A stretch of DNA of 64,000 bases from Pseudonocardiaceae bacterium (GCA_050699715.1 JBOHFR010000009.1:28941-92940), one strand, 5' to 3'. Shown: positions 47,606 through 57,740, numbered from the stretch's first letter. A program made the numbers and translations. The notes: generated from the sequence alone by a model not told the origin.

Positions 47606-48880
47606 GTGATTGATCCGCCCACGCTGTTGCGGGCGATGTTTGACGCGGCGGTGGCGGCGGCGGATCCGCTGCAGCGGGTGGCGCCCTTCCTGCCGGCGCG
47701 GCCACCCGGGCGGGTGGTCGTGGTCGGTGCCGGCAAGGCATCAGCGCGGATGGCGCAGGCGGTCGAGCGGTCCTGGGACGGCCCGTTGAGCGGGCTCGTG
47801 GTGACCCGCTACGGGCACGCGGTGCCGTGCTCACGCATCGAGATCGTGCAGGCGGCGCACCCGGTGCCCGACGCCGCAGGCGAGCGGGCCGCCCGCCGGA
47901 TCCTGGACCTAGTATCCGGGCTCGGTGCGGACGACCTAGCGCTGGCGCTGATCTCCGGTGGCGGCTCGGCCCTGCTGACGCTGCCCGCGCCGGGGATCAC
48001 CTTGGCTGACAAGCAGGCGATCAACACGGCGCTGTTACGGTCCGGGGCGTCGATCGGGACGATGAACCTGGTGCGCAAGCACCTGTCAGCGATCAAAGGC
48101 GGGCGACTCGCAGCGGCGGCGTTCCCGGCTGCCACGGTGGGCCTGCTGATCTCCGATGTGCCCGGTGACGATCCCGCCGTCATCGCCTCCGGGCCCACCG
48201 TGGCGGAGGCGTCCACCCCGGCGCAGGCCCTCGCGGTGCTGGTGACCTGCGGCGTGCCGGTGCCACCGGCGGTGCGGACGCACCTGGAGAGGCGGGCGCA
48301 CCTGGAGAGCACGGCGGGCTGCCCGGGGCCCGACGACCCGCGGCTGGCCCGCGTCACCAACTACGTGATCGCCGCCCCGCAGCAGTCCCTGCAAGCCGCC
48401 GCAGCGGTGGCCCGCCAAGCCGGGGTGACCCCGGTGATCCTGAGCGACTCCCTAGAGGGCGAGGCCCGCGAGGTCGGCATCGTGCTGGCCGGGATCGCCC
48501 GCCAAGTGCGCCGCCACGGCCAGCCAGCGCCCGCGCCCTGCGTGCTGCTCTCCGGCGGCGAGACCACCGTGACCGTGCGCGGCACCGGCCGAGGCGGCCG
48601 CAACGTCGAGTGCCTGTTGTCGCTGGCCCTGGCCCTGCGCGGGGAATCGCGCGTGCACGCCATCGCCTGCGACACCGACGGCGTCGACGGGGTGGAACAG
48701 GTCGCCGGGGCGCTCATCGACCCCGACACCCTGCGCCGCGCCGAACAGCTCGGGGTGAACGCCGCAGCAGCGCTGAACAACAACGACGGGCACGGGTTCT
48801 TCGCCGCGCTAGGCGATCACGTCGTGACCGGCCCCACCCTGACCAACGTCAACGACTTCCGCGCCATCCTCATTACCTGA
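47606..48880 (+). CDS. gck: Glycerate 2-kinase (DUF4147/MOFRL, GckA/TtuD type)
   Basis: 'VVVVGAGKASARMA', 'ISGGGSALL', 'RKHLSAIKGGRL', 'LLSGGETTVTV.GTGRGGRN', 'DTDGVDG'. Confidence 0.8.
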   Translation: MIDPPTLLRAMFDAAVAAADPLQRVAPFLPARPPGRVVVVGAGKASARMAQAVERSWDGPLSGLVVTRYGHAVPCSRIEIVQAAHPVPDAAGERAARRILDLVSGLGADDLALALISGGGSALLTLPAPGITLADKQAINTALLRSGASIGTMNLVRKHLSAIKGGRLAAAAFPAATVGLLISDVPGDDPAVIASGPTVAEASTPAQALAVLVTCGVPVPPAVRTHLERRAHLESTAGCPGPDDPRLARVTNYVIAAPQQSLQAAAAVARQAGVTPVILSDSLEGEAREVGIVLAGIARQVRRHGQPAPAPCVLLSGGETTVTVRGTGRGGRNVECLLSLALALRGESRVHAIACDTDGVDGVEQVAGALIDPDTLRRAEQLGVNAAAALNNNDGHGFFAALGDHVVTGPTLTNVNDFRAILIT

Positions 48881-48922
48881 GGCAAGCAGCTAGCCACGCC
48901 TGGTTCAGCCCAGCCACTGTGT

Positions 48923-49138
48923 TCAGCCCAGCCACTCGGTCAGCACGTCGCGGAGCGCACAGGCCGCAGCCTCGTCGAACGTGATGAGGCAGGAGCCGGT
49001 GACGTGCGGGTCGAGCACGAGCTTCCCGTCGATCAGGCTCACCATCAGGTTGGCGAAACCCATCGGACCCCGGTGCAGCTCACACGTTGCGGGTATGGCC
49101 TTGCGGGGAGGGCGGGCTGGCCATCCTTCGCTGGTCAT
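48923..49138 (-). CDS. Small conserved hypothetical protein (paralog of 8076..8303)
   Basis: See 8076..8303. 71 aa with the shared core 'RKAIPATCELHRGPMGFANLMVS...LVLDPHVTGSC'. Confidence 0.55.
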   Translation of the reverse strand: MTSEGWPARPPRKAIPATCELHRGPMGFANLMVSLIDGKLVLDPHVTGSCLITFDEAAACALRDVLTEWLG

Positions 49139-49516
49139 GGGACACCGACCTTTGCCAGTCTGCGGCTGGTGCTCGCCGCCACCAGATCACCCTGCCGGTG
49201 GGATCGCTACTGGGCGAGCGCTGCGCCGTTGGCACCGCTGGACGGGTCTCGTCAAGCAGGTCACGGTGGTGTGTCAAGCGAGCGACAGTCAGGTTTGTCA
49301 CCGGTGTCCCCGCTAACCTCACGGCATTTTGTGCCCAAAGAGGAGTTTAGCTCCTGTCAGGCTACCCACCTCAGTTCCTGGCTGAGCGGGGCAGCCCCTG
49401 GCGACTCTGAGTACGCCGCCGAGCTCGCGGTGGGCGCCACCGCCCCACGCTCCGGGCTTCGAGGGCCGTCGAGCATCTCTGCCGTCCCGGCCCCGACAAC
49501 CTCAGCCCGCTCGACC

Positions 49517-49711
49517 CTACTTGAAGAACGGTCCCTGACCGAGGACGCAACCGGGCCCAAAATCAACATCGGGGTCCCCGCAGGATGGCGCTGAGGAGTT
49601 GGCACCACCTACCGGAGGCCTCTGATCAGCGGCAGCCACGCCGGCACCAGTAACAACAACCCCACCCAGCACAGCAACGACTGCCAGAAAACGAACAATG
49701 ACTCCTCGCAC
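49517..49711 (-). CDS. Possible small secreted protein (64 aa, GTG start)
   Basis: Signal-like 'VRGVIVRFLAVVAVLGGVVVTGAGVAAA' followed by a Cys-containing tail. Confidence 0.3.
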   Translation of the reverse strand: MRGVIVRFLAVVAVLGGVVVTGAGVAAADQRPPVGGANSSAPSCGDPDVDFGPGCVLGQGPFFK

Positions 49712-49879
49712 GGTGTCCCCCCACGTCCAGTTGTCGGTGAACCGTTGCCCTCGCACACCACCCACCGCAGCAGCGCACGGGCCAAGTGCCCCAGGCCGCT
49801 TGACCGAGCGGTCCAACCCCCCATCGCAGCAACGATCCTACCCGGTGTATCGGGTACGGCCGTGAACTGTTACCGACAG

Positions 49880-50200
49880 CTACTCGGCGCCGTACTGGAA
49901 AACCCCGGGGTTGTCGTGGGAGGTGGGGTCGCCAGTCCGCAGGGTGGCAACGCAGCGCGCCAGCGGGTCGTCTTCGGTGTTCTGCAAGGCGGGTGGGGCG
50001 AAACGGCGGGTGAGGAAGCCGACCAGGTCGAGCGGGTCGGGCCCGGAGTCCAGCAGCGCGATGAGCTCATCACGCTCGTGCAGGGCGACGGGTTCGATGC
50101 CTCCGAAGATCTGTGTCGTGTCACCGGCGGGCACGACGCGGGCGCACACCAACGCGCCCGCCGTGAACGCCTGACTGGCCGTCCACTCCCGGACCTGGTA
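49880..50200 (-). pseudogene. 3' fragment of an unknown gene truncated by the IS6 element
   Basis: The coding-like reading frame runs into the IS left inverted repeat. The N-terminal part of ORF 49880..50293 lies inside the IS and is spurious. Confidence 0.4.
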
Positions 50201-51079
50201 GAGCACTGTCAACTTGGTTGCCTGCCTTGTGGCTGGGAGGATCGCCGGGGTGCTCGCGGTGGGGTGGGAGGGGCTGGGCTTGGTGGGGGACAAGGCACCG
50301 TCCTACACGGGGTTTCGCTTCCCGGTGGAGATCATTAGCCACGGTGTGTGGCTCTACCACCGGTTCCCGCTGAGCCTGCGCGAGGTGCGGGAGATGATGC
50401 TGGAACGGGGCGTCGTGGTCTCCCACGAGACGGTGCGGCAGTGGTGTGCGAAGTTCGGGCAGAGCTACGCCAACGGGCTGCGCCGCCGCCGGCCACGCTC
50501 CGGGGATACGTGGCACCTTGACGAGGTGTTCATCACGATCAACGGCAAGCGTCAGTATCTGTGGCGGGCGGTGGACCAGCACGGGACCGTGCTGGACATT
50601 CTGGTCACCTCCCGGCGGGACGCCAAGGCCGCGACCAGGTTCTTCCGCAAGCTGCTGCGGGGGTTGCGGTCCGTGCCTCGGGTGCTGGTCACCGACAAAC
50701 TGGCCAGCTACGGGGTGGCTCATCGGCGGTTGACGCCGGGGGTGGAGCACCGTCGGTCGAAGTATCTGACTAACCGGGCGGAGAACTCTCACCAACCGAC
50801 CCGGCAGCGCGAACGCGGGGTGAAACGCTTCACCTCAGCGGGGCACGCGCAGCGGTTTCTGTCCGCGTTCAGCGGGATATCACCACACTTCCGGCCCCGT
50901 CTCACCTGCTCCACGCCGAGGAATACCGACGCGAGATGGCCCACCGCTTCAGTACCTGGAACGACGTCACCGGGCTGACCACCGCAGCCTAAACCACCGA
51001 CAGGACCAGACCGCCCCCTCCTCAACCACGCACTGAATGATCACCACCGCTCGTCAGACCGAACAAGTTGACAATGCCC
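50201..51079 (+). mobile_element. IS6-family insertion sequence (~879 bp)
   Basis: Terminal inverted repeats GAGCACTGTCAACTTGGTT (left) and GGGCATTGTCAACTTGTTC (right, reverse complement), IS26/IS6100-like 'GGCACTGT' ends. Single transposase gene. No 8-bp target duplication visible. Confidence 0.8.
50214..50992 (+). pseudogene. IS6-family DDE transposase with a C-terminal frameshift near 50895
   Basis: 'FRFPVEIISHGVWLYHRFPLSLREVREMMLERGVVVSHETVRQWCAKFG', 'WHLDEVFITINGKRQYLWRAVDQHG', 'LVTDKLASY'. The expected tail 'HLLHAEEYRREMAHRFSTWNDVTGL' is in another frame after a C-run. Confidence 0.75.
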
Positions 51080-51119
51080 TCCTCCCCGTTGAATGATCAC
51101 GAAAGCAACTTCAGGTTCG

Positions 51120-51338
51120 TCATTCATCCGTCTCGGCTATCTTGACAATGCTCACATCCGCTAAGGGCATGCCGGTCCGCACCGCTACCATCGCGGTCGC
51201 ATAACGGTCATCTATTATCTCTCCGCGTGGAACGTCCACTTTCAATTCTCGGTGCCGATCATGTGGATGTTTACCGTTCTTGTACACAATGGTCCTGGCG
51301 ACCAGCCCTCTATTCTTCTTGCTCTTGGTGTGTTTCAC
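51120..51338 (-). CDS. Small basic hypothetical protein in an AT-rich patch
   Basis: 72-aa ORF 'MKHTKSKKNRGLVARTIVYKNGKHPHDRH...'. Local GC is far below the window average. Confidence 0.4.
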   Translation of the reverse strand: MKHTKSKKNRGLVARTIVYKNGKHPHDRHRELKVDVPRGEIIDDRYATAMVAVRTGMPLADVSIVKIAETDE

Positions 51339-51643
51339 GTGGATCTCCTAGGAATTGTCAACCGGATGCCGGGAATCGGTTGGCCGAGGACTTCGGTCAC
51401 GGGGGTTGGGGCACCCGGCATGGGGGCGGTTACCAGGTCACGACCTCGTTGAGCACGTCGAGTGCGCTGCCCTCCACCAGTCCATTCCCGGGGACGATCA
51501 GTGATGGTGTTCGCTGACGCACGGCCACGCGGTGGTGGCTGAGTCCCGCGATGTGGATGATGTCCGTGTGGGGCGGCGACGTGCGGTGTGGTGGGGGTGG
51601 GCCACGGCGGGGCCAGGGGTTCCCGGTCCCGCTGTGGGTGGGC

Positions 51644-52162
51644 TCAGGGCACCCGCCGCCGTGCCTGTGGTGTGGTGGCCGCGGGGGATGGCGAGGGGGT
51701 GAGTCCCCACTGGAGGGCTGCCTGGGTGCGCAGGCGCTCATCGGAGTGGTGCAGCCAGTGGTCCACCTCGAGGTACACCGCGCAGCTCTGGCGGCGGCGC
51801 CCGATCACCGAGCCCGGTCGGCGGCAGTGGCGGCAGCGGCCGCGCCGATCGATCGGGTGGGCCATCAACAGCGCGTACAGCGCGCCCGCGAACCGGCATT
51901 GCAGCGAGTTCAGTCCCTCCGCAGCGCCTAGCCCGGCCTGCACACCCTCGCGCAGGATCCGGCGCAGCGCCGTGTACACAACCCCGTAGATGACCTGGTC
52001 CGCTGAAGGGCTGGGGCGGCTCACTGGCGTCACGCCGCCACCGTCTGCAATGCCGTCGTCGCGGAGGGGGACAGGATCGGCTGCGGTGAGTCGCTCGTGA
52101 CGGTCTTCGCGTGGTGGTCGTGTGTCATGGTGGTCGGTGGTGCGGCTCGGGTGCTCACTCAC
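51644..52162 (-). CDS. Hypothetical protein (Cys/His-containing C-terminal half)
   Basis: 172-aa ORF. 'GRCRHCRRPG...CAVYLEVDHWLHH' suggests a small Zn-binding element. No family recognised. Confidence 0.35.
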   Translation of the reverse strand: MSEHPSRTTDHHDTRPPREDRHERLTAADPVPLRDDGIADGGGVTPVSRPSPSADQVIYGVVYTALRRILREGVQAGLGAAEGLNSLQCRFAGALYALLMAHPIDRRGRCRHCRRPGSVIGRRRQSCAVYLEVDHWLHHSDERLRTQAALQWGLTPSPSPAATTPQARRRVP

Positions 52163-52891
52163 CGTTTCCTCCTGTCCAGCTTGTGGCTGTGGGGTGTGCT
52201 GCCTGATCGGCGGGTCATGGGGCCACCTCCTTGGGGACTCGCGTTGGTGGCTTTGTTGCGGGGTGATGCCCGTGGCTGCCCGTCAGCGTGGTGTAGATCA
52301 CGGGTGGGTGGGTCCCGGCGCGGACGGGAGCATGTCCCCGATCATCGCGGTCGTGCTGACGTGGGCACGCGGGTAGCGCGTCTCGTTGCCGCGCCCGCCC
52401 GGGCAGGGCTGCCGTCGGGCGGCGGGTCCAGTCCCGCACTGCCACGTCGTGGGGGTGGGCGATGTGCGGGAACGCGAGAACTGTCTGTGTCGTCAGCGGT
52501 AAGCCGAGCAGTCGGGCTGCATTTTGATCAACTACGGTTGGTCGTTACCCGCTCTGACCAGGGGAGACCGTCCACCATCTCCCGACGGGCAGGTGCGGTG
52601 GGGTTGTTTGTGGGTGGTCAATCACGCCACGGCGCGGTATCACCGAGACGCGCGGCGACATCTGTGGGCGTTGCTGCTTGTCGCTGCCCACTGTTGATCA
52701 TGGGTGTCGGGGTTCCGAGTGAACGGGAACTTCTCCCCGCCCACCAGGACCCCGCTGACCTGGGTTAACAGATCACTGGGGGCGGAGAACTTCCCGGTGA
52801 CACGGCCGCTGAGCTGCCGTACCTGACCGGCCGGGAGCTACCGTGGTGCGGCGGATTCGTTACGGCAGGCAAACGTCATGGGGGGTGGGCG

Positions 52892-54454
52892 ATGCCCAGG
52901 AAAGCGGGACATTCCGCGAAAGCCGAGCGTGATCAGCTACGCGACCGCCTGCGTGCCGTGGGGTGCTCAGTGGCGCAGATCGCCGCGGAGATGAGCCGCC
53001 GGCTCAACCTACGGCCCCGGCTGGCCTGGCGGCTCGCCCTGGACTGGCCGCAGTGGAAGCTGGCCCAGCGGTACAACACGCTGCACCCCGGAGCCCGGCT
53101 CTCCGATCACCGGGTCAGTGAGTACGAAAACTGGCCCCACGGTGGCGCCCCACCCAGCCTGCGCTACCTCGCCAGGTTGGCCGTCACCTATGGTCACGGG
53201 TGCACAGTGTCCCAGCTGGTGGACGCCGATGATCTGGAACAGTTCACTCCGGCGGATCGCTGCCTGCTCACCTCGTCCCCGGGCGGGTCCACAGCCACCA
53301 CGATCACCGCCCTGGCGCGGACCACACCGGCAGACCACGCCGACCCCGATAAGATGCCTGGACACCGGAGCGGTGACACTGTCTCTATCCGGGGCAGCCG
53401 GCGGATCGTGCGCTGTGACGCGCGTGGTGTGCCGATCCGCGAGGAGGTTATCATGGCAGCCGAGGAATCCGCCCAGTTCCATCGCTGGAGCGCCACTACC
53501 AACGTCGATGACGACGTGCTCGAGCAGATGACCGCCGACGTGGCCGAGCTAGCTTGGCGCGAGCAGGTCGACCCGCCCGCCACCACCTTCGCGCGCCTGC
53601 TCGGCGCCCGGGATGACGTGTTCCGCCTGATCGCGGGACGCCAGCAGCCTCGCCACACCACCAGCTTGTACAAGATTGCCGGGCAGATCTGCGGCATGCT
53701 GTCCATCGTCACGTTCGACCTGGGGCATCCGCACGCCGCGAACACCCATGCCCGGACCGCACTGCACTGCGCCGAGGTGTCCGGTCACACCCCGTTGCGG
53801 GTGTTCATCCGTTGGTCCCAGTCCACTATGGCGTACTGGGACGGTCGCTACGACGAGGCCGCTCAGCTCATGGAGTCCGCCCTGCCCGATGCCACCAGCG
53901 GCACCACCTTGCTACGGCTGGCCAGCCAACAGGCTCGCATCAGCGCTGCCCGTCAACAATCCGACGAGGTCAGCCGGGCACTGGCGCTCGCCACGTCCGC
54001 CCCCACCGAGCGCACCTCCGACGAACCAGGCGTGCTTGGTTTCGACGCTGGGATGGCCGCCTGTTACGCCAGTGAAGCCCACTACGCGCTCGGCGGCACG
54101 GAGCATTTGGACGCTGCTGTGGACTGGGCGCGAATCTCGCTGGACGAGTTCACCGCTGAACCGCAGCCCAAAGCCCAGTACGTCGCCACCGCTCGCTTCG
54201 ACCTCGCCCTCGCCCACCTGGCCCGAGGTGACCTCGACGCGGTCAGCGAGCACCTCGCCTCCGTGCTGCGCGCCACCCAGGCTGAATACCGCACGGTACC
54301 GATCATCGGCCGGGCCCGCGCCCTGAACACCCTGCTGGCCCAGCGGCTCGACCTCACCTCCAGCGCTCTGACCGCTCTGCGTGATGACCTCAGCGAGTTC
54401 TCCACCCACCCCGCCCCCACCCCGGCAGGATTGGAGCCAGATCCCACCACCTGA
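52892..54454 (+). CDS. XRE-family HTH regulator with a TPR-like C-terminal domain
   Basis: '[36 protein letters not shown]...[12 protein letters not shown]' plus a long helical C-terminus. Same architecture as 30523..32076. Confidence 0.8.
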   Translation: MPRKAGHSAKAERDQLRDRLRAVGCSVAQIAAEMSRRLNLRPRLAWRLALDWPQWKLAQRYNTLHPGARLSDHRVSEYENWPHGGAPPSLRYLARLAVTYGHGCTVSQLVDADDLEQFTPADRCLLTSSPGGSTATTITALARTTPADHADPDKMPGHRSGDTVSIRGSRRIVRCDARGVPIREEVIMAAEESAQFHRWSATTNVDDDVLEQMTADVAELAWREQVDPPATTFARLLGARDDVFRLIAGRQQPRHTTSLYKIAGQICGMLSIVTFDLGHPHAANTHARTALHCAEVSGHTPLRVFIRWSQSTMAYWDGRYDEAAQLMESALPDATSGTTLLRLASQQARISAARQQSDEVSRALALATSAPTERTSDEPGVLGFDAGMAACYASEAHYALGGTEHLDAAVDWARISLDEFTAEPQPKAQYVATARFDLALAHLARGDLDAVSEHLASVLRATQAEYRTVPIIGRARALNTLLAQRLDLTSSALTALRDDLSEFSTHPAPTPAGLEPDPTT

Positions 54455-54484
54455 CTCACCGCTGACGCCGAAGGGGATTCCCGT

Positions 54485-54967
54485 ATGCCTGTGCAGGTCG
54501 CGGTGTGTGGACCCCGCCACTGCACCGAGGAGGACACCACCCACGCCTACGAGGTGGGACGCTTGCTCGCCAGGGCGGGTGCCGTCGTCATCTGCGGCGG
54601 CGGCACCGGCGTCATGGCCGCTGCCGCCGCCGGAGCCCGCGCCGAGAACGGCCTCGTGATCGGCATCCTCCCGCACGACACCGCCGAGGACGCCTGCCCG
54701 GACCTCTCCGCGGTGATCGTGACGAACCTGGGCGAGGCCCGCAACGCGGTCATCGTCTGGTCCGCCGACGCCGTCATCGCCATCGGCGGCTCCTGGGGCA
54801 CCCTGTCCGAAATCGCCCTCGCCAAACGACGCGGCACCATCCCCGTCATCACCCTGGGCGGCTGGACCATCCTCACCCACAACGGCACCCCACTGCCGGA
54901 CCCGACCACCCCCGCCGCCACTGCGCAACAAGCAGTCGATCTTGCCCTCGCCGCCGCGCGCAGCTAA
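54485..54967 (+). CDS. LOG/TIGR00725-family (SLOG Rossmann) protein
   Basis: 'VICGGGTGVMAAAAAGA' and 'AIGGSWGTLSEIALA' (GGGxGxM and PGGxGTxxE-like motifs). Confidence 0.75.
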   Translation: MPVQVAVCGPRHCTEEDTTHAYEVGRLLARAGAVVICGGGTGVMAAAAAGARAENGLVIGILPHDTAEDACPDLSAVIVTNLGEARNAVIVWSADAVIAIGGSWGTLSEIALAKRRGTIPVITLGGWTILTHNGTPLPDPTTPAATAQQAVDLALAAARS

Positions 54968-55742
54968 GCCCTACAGCCGCGCGATCGGCGCGCGGTAATC
55001 CCAGGTGGATCCTGCCGACCAGTCTCAGCTCGGAAGCAGTACGGCCAAGTCGTGAGTCGGAGACCACCGCCCGACTCCACCGCTGAACGGAAGGGAGGCC
55101 TGCGGCGCGGGTCGACACCAGAGCCAACCAGCCCGCCGAAACACCGCTCATCCAGGTAGTCCAGCAACGCCGCGTTCGCCAACGACGCACGGGACCCGCC
55201 CGGAGTCTCCCGCAGCGTGGCGCACTCGCCCAGGCAGCCTCGCGCGGGAAACGGAATCGTCCCCAGCACGACAGGACGGTCAGCCCACACCCGTTCATCG
55301 AGCTGGCGCAACAACCACACAGGAGTGAAGCCATGAACATCATCGACCCGCAAGCAAACCGAGACCATACCCACAGCCTCCCGCATAGCCCGCCTACCAC
55401 GGCGGCCTGCAGCGCGACCTGGGCTGGCTGCCCGAGCAGATCGGTGACGGTGAGGCAGTCAACGAGGGCAACCTCGTAAACGACGCGCCCGACCGGCCAC
55501 GTGAGACGGCGGAGGACCGCGAGCAGCGCCGCAGTCGATAAGGTCCTGGACCCCTGCGGTCGAAGGAGACGCGCCAGCCTTCTCCGGCGGGCTGGGTACG
55601 GATCAAGCATCCGAGAGCGCAACGCCGCGCGCGTCCGCGTTCACCCACCGCACGACACCGTCACCGAGTCGAAGGACCAACCGGGAAAATCTTCAAAGTC
55701 GATCTTTGATCTTCTTGTCCAGGTCGTTGACCTGGTGTTTTG

Positions 55743-55815
55743 TGGGCCGCCTGGGGCTCGAACCCAGAACCGACAGATTAAAAGTCTGCAGCTCTACCCA
55801 TTGAGCTAACGGCCC
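55743..55815 (-). tRNA. tRNA-Lys (anticodon UUU)
   Basis: Hand-folded cloverleaf. Acceptor GGGCCGT/GCGGCCC. D-arm GCTC-AATGGGTA-GAGC. Anticodon stem GCAGA/TCTGT with loop CTTTTAA. T-arm CTGGG-TTCGAGC-CCCAG. CCA not encoded. Confidence 0.9.
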
Positions 55816-56064
55816 CGCGCACTGATCGTAGCTAACGCGGCATCGCGGCTTGTGGGAGGTAGACGGTAACGGGTGGACAAGGTTCCTCGGGCTGCCGAGT
55901 TCGCGGCGGAAGCCCGGTTAGGGCTCGTTCAGGTGGGGGCCGGACAGCGGCCTGGGCTGTGCGCGGGCCGCGCATGCCGTGGTCTACCCGCATGCGCTCG
56001 AGCTTGACCCTGGAGCACGGACACCTGAGCTGAGGCGGCTGGTGCCACCGGGAAGGATGTTGCT

Positions 56065-56565
56065 GTGCCTGCTCCTCACCCTGCTAAGTTCCTTCGGAGG
56101 GTGGTCAAACTTGCTCGCCTGGGCGGGCAACCAATCGTCATGTTGGCGAAACAGCTCTCGATCAGCGAGCCGTGTCTGTGGAAGGGGATGGCTCAGGCCG
56201 ACGCTGATGAGACACACATGCCCGATAGCCTAATCGCTGGACGAGAACACGGGAGTGTCAGACGAAGTCTCCGTCACGGGACTCACCGTATACGAGTAGT
56301 CACGAGTGGTCATCGCGGCGCGAAGGGACCGATTGTCATGAGGGATGTGTTCCTCGAAGTGGGCGGTTACGAGGCTCGCGATTTCGAGCGATGGTCGGCA
56401 ATTTCCGCTATCACGAAGTTGCTGTGGAACGGGTTCGACGTGAGTGCGACACAGGTCCGCGTTGAACCGTGCCGGACCGTGCCTGACGCCCCCAACGAGA
56501 CCATCGTGATCGACAATGAGGACGGAGACGCCTGGAGGGCGCCGTGCGTACACACTGGCACCTGA
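56065..56565 (+). pseudogene. Debris: IS3-family OrfA-like HTH fragment followed by a GHKL-ATPase-like N-terminal fragment
   Basis: 'PAKFLRRVVKLARLGGQPIVMLAKQLSISEPCLWKGMAQAD' (IS3/IS911 OrfA-like). 'AISAITKLLWNGFDVSATQVRVE...IVIDNEDG' (Bergerat-fold N-box-like). Neither part is complete. Confidence 0.4.
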
Positions 56566-56777
56566 GATCCCGCGCGGCAACGGTGAGGCGAGGCCCAAAC
56601 CTGTTCGTGCTCAGCGGCCCCCACACGGGAGTCTGCGGCGAGAGTCGTCGGCAAGAAGGCGGAACCCGTGCCAGGGCAGAGGCGCCGCGTCCCGCGCCGG
56701 GACGCATCGATCGCGTGTGCTCTCCGGATGGACTCGTCGTCGACCGGCCTCAGGAAAAAAGAAATGATGAACTGACC

Positions 56778-57740
56778 ATGTCGCGGCTAGTATTTGTTCA
56801 TGGCATCGGCGGGTCCCGGGATAGCGACCGCGAGTCCTCGTCTTAGCTTGATGCCCTGCTGGAGGGAGCTCGTCGAGCTGGTCACTCGCAGTGGGTCTCC
56901 GCTGTGGAACGCGGGTTCGGGCCTATGATCCGATTCGCCAACTATTCAGACCTGTTCTCCGCACCACAGAGCCAGGGTGGGGGCGCCGAGGAGCTCGATG
57001 AGCGAGAGGCGGAGATTCTCACAGGCCTCCTGCTGGAAGCAATAGACGTGCAGGCGATCCGGGCCTCTGAAGAGCCGATACGGCGCAGGCTGGCGCACGC
57101 TCGCGCGGAGTTGCAACTCGACGGGCAAGCGCAGGGAGCGGGAGACCTTGTCCGGCGTGCGATCAACGCGGCCACGACACTCATGGGCATCGGCCCCCTG
57201 CGGCGCGGTGGTCAATGGATCGCTGGTCAGTTCCTGGTCGGTGAGTTGGCCCAGGTGGCCCGCTATCTCGCCCGTTCCGAGCAAGATGAGTTTGGACAGA
57301 CGCTTGATGCCCAGATCCGGGGGCGGGTGAGCGAAGCGTTCGGAGACGCTCCGCTGATCATCGTCGCCCACTCGCTGGGAACAATCGTCTGTTGGGAAGC
57401 TCTGCACCACTATGCGGGTATCGTATCTCTGTTCGTGACGCTCGGTTCCCCGATCGCCTTACGGACGGTGGTGCTGCCCCGGTTAGTACCAAGCCCGCCC
57501 AGCACGCCGGAGTCGGTCAGGAACTGGCTGAACTTTTGGGACCGGGACGACATCATCGCCGCGCGTCCTCACCTGGAGGCAGACATCGCTCCCAACTCCC
57601 TCTACGTAGTACCGAGGACAGCGCGGGTGGACTCCGACGGGCTCTGGGTACACACCGCCACCAAGTACCTGACCCAGACCAGCGTCGCTGGGCCCATCGC
57701 TGAGGCACTGGGTCGAATTGACTCCGGGGGCCAGAATTGA
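56778..57740 (+). pseudogene. Alpha/beta-hydrolase (lipase-like) with an in-frame TAG at 56844..56846
   Basis: 'MSRLVFVHGIGGS' is in the same frame as ORF 56904..57740 and separated from it only by the TAG. Nucleophile elbow 'LIIVAHSLGT'. The stop overlaps the next gene's start (ATGA-type, 57737). Confidence 0.6.

Noticed and set aside
48903-48935. Direct 15-bp duplication TTCAGCCCAGCCACT x2 at the 3' end of the small gene
   Set aside because: A single short duplication of the gene's last codons. Probably a slippage scar, with no evidence of function.
54873-55622. 249-aa and 140-aa minus-strand ORFs; the latter has 'VCLRVDDVHGFTP...LGTIPFP', reminiscent of a polysaccharide-deacetylase/DUF2334 N-terminus
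   Set aside because: Only about 50 residues look meaningful, and the rest could not be followed in any frame. Possibly a decayed gene, but the evidence is too thin to annotate.
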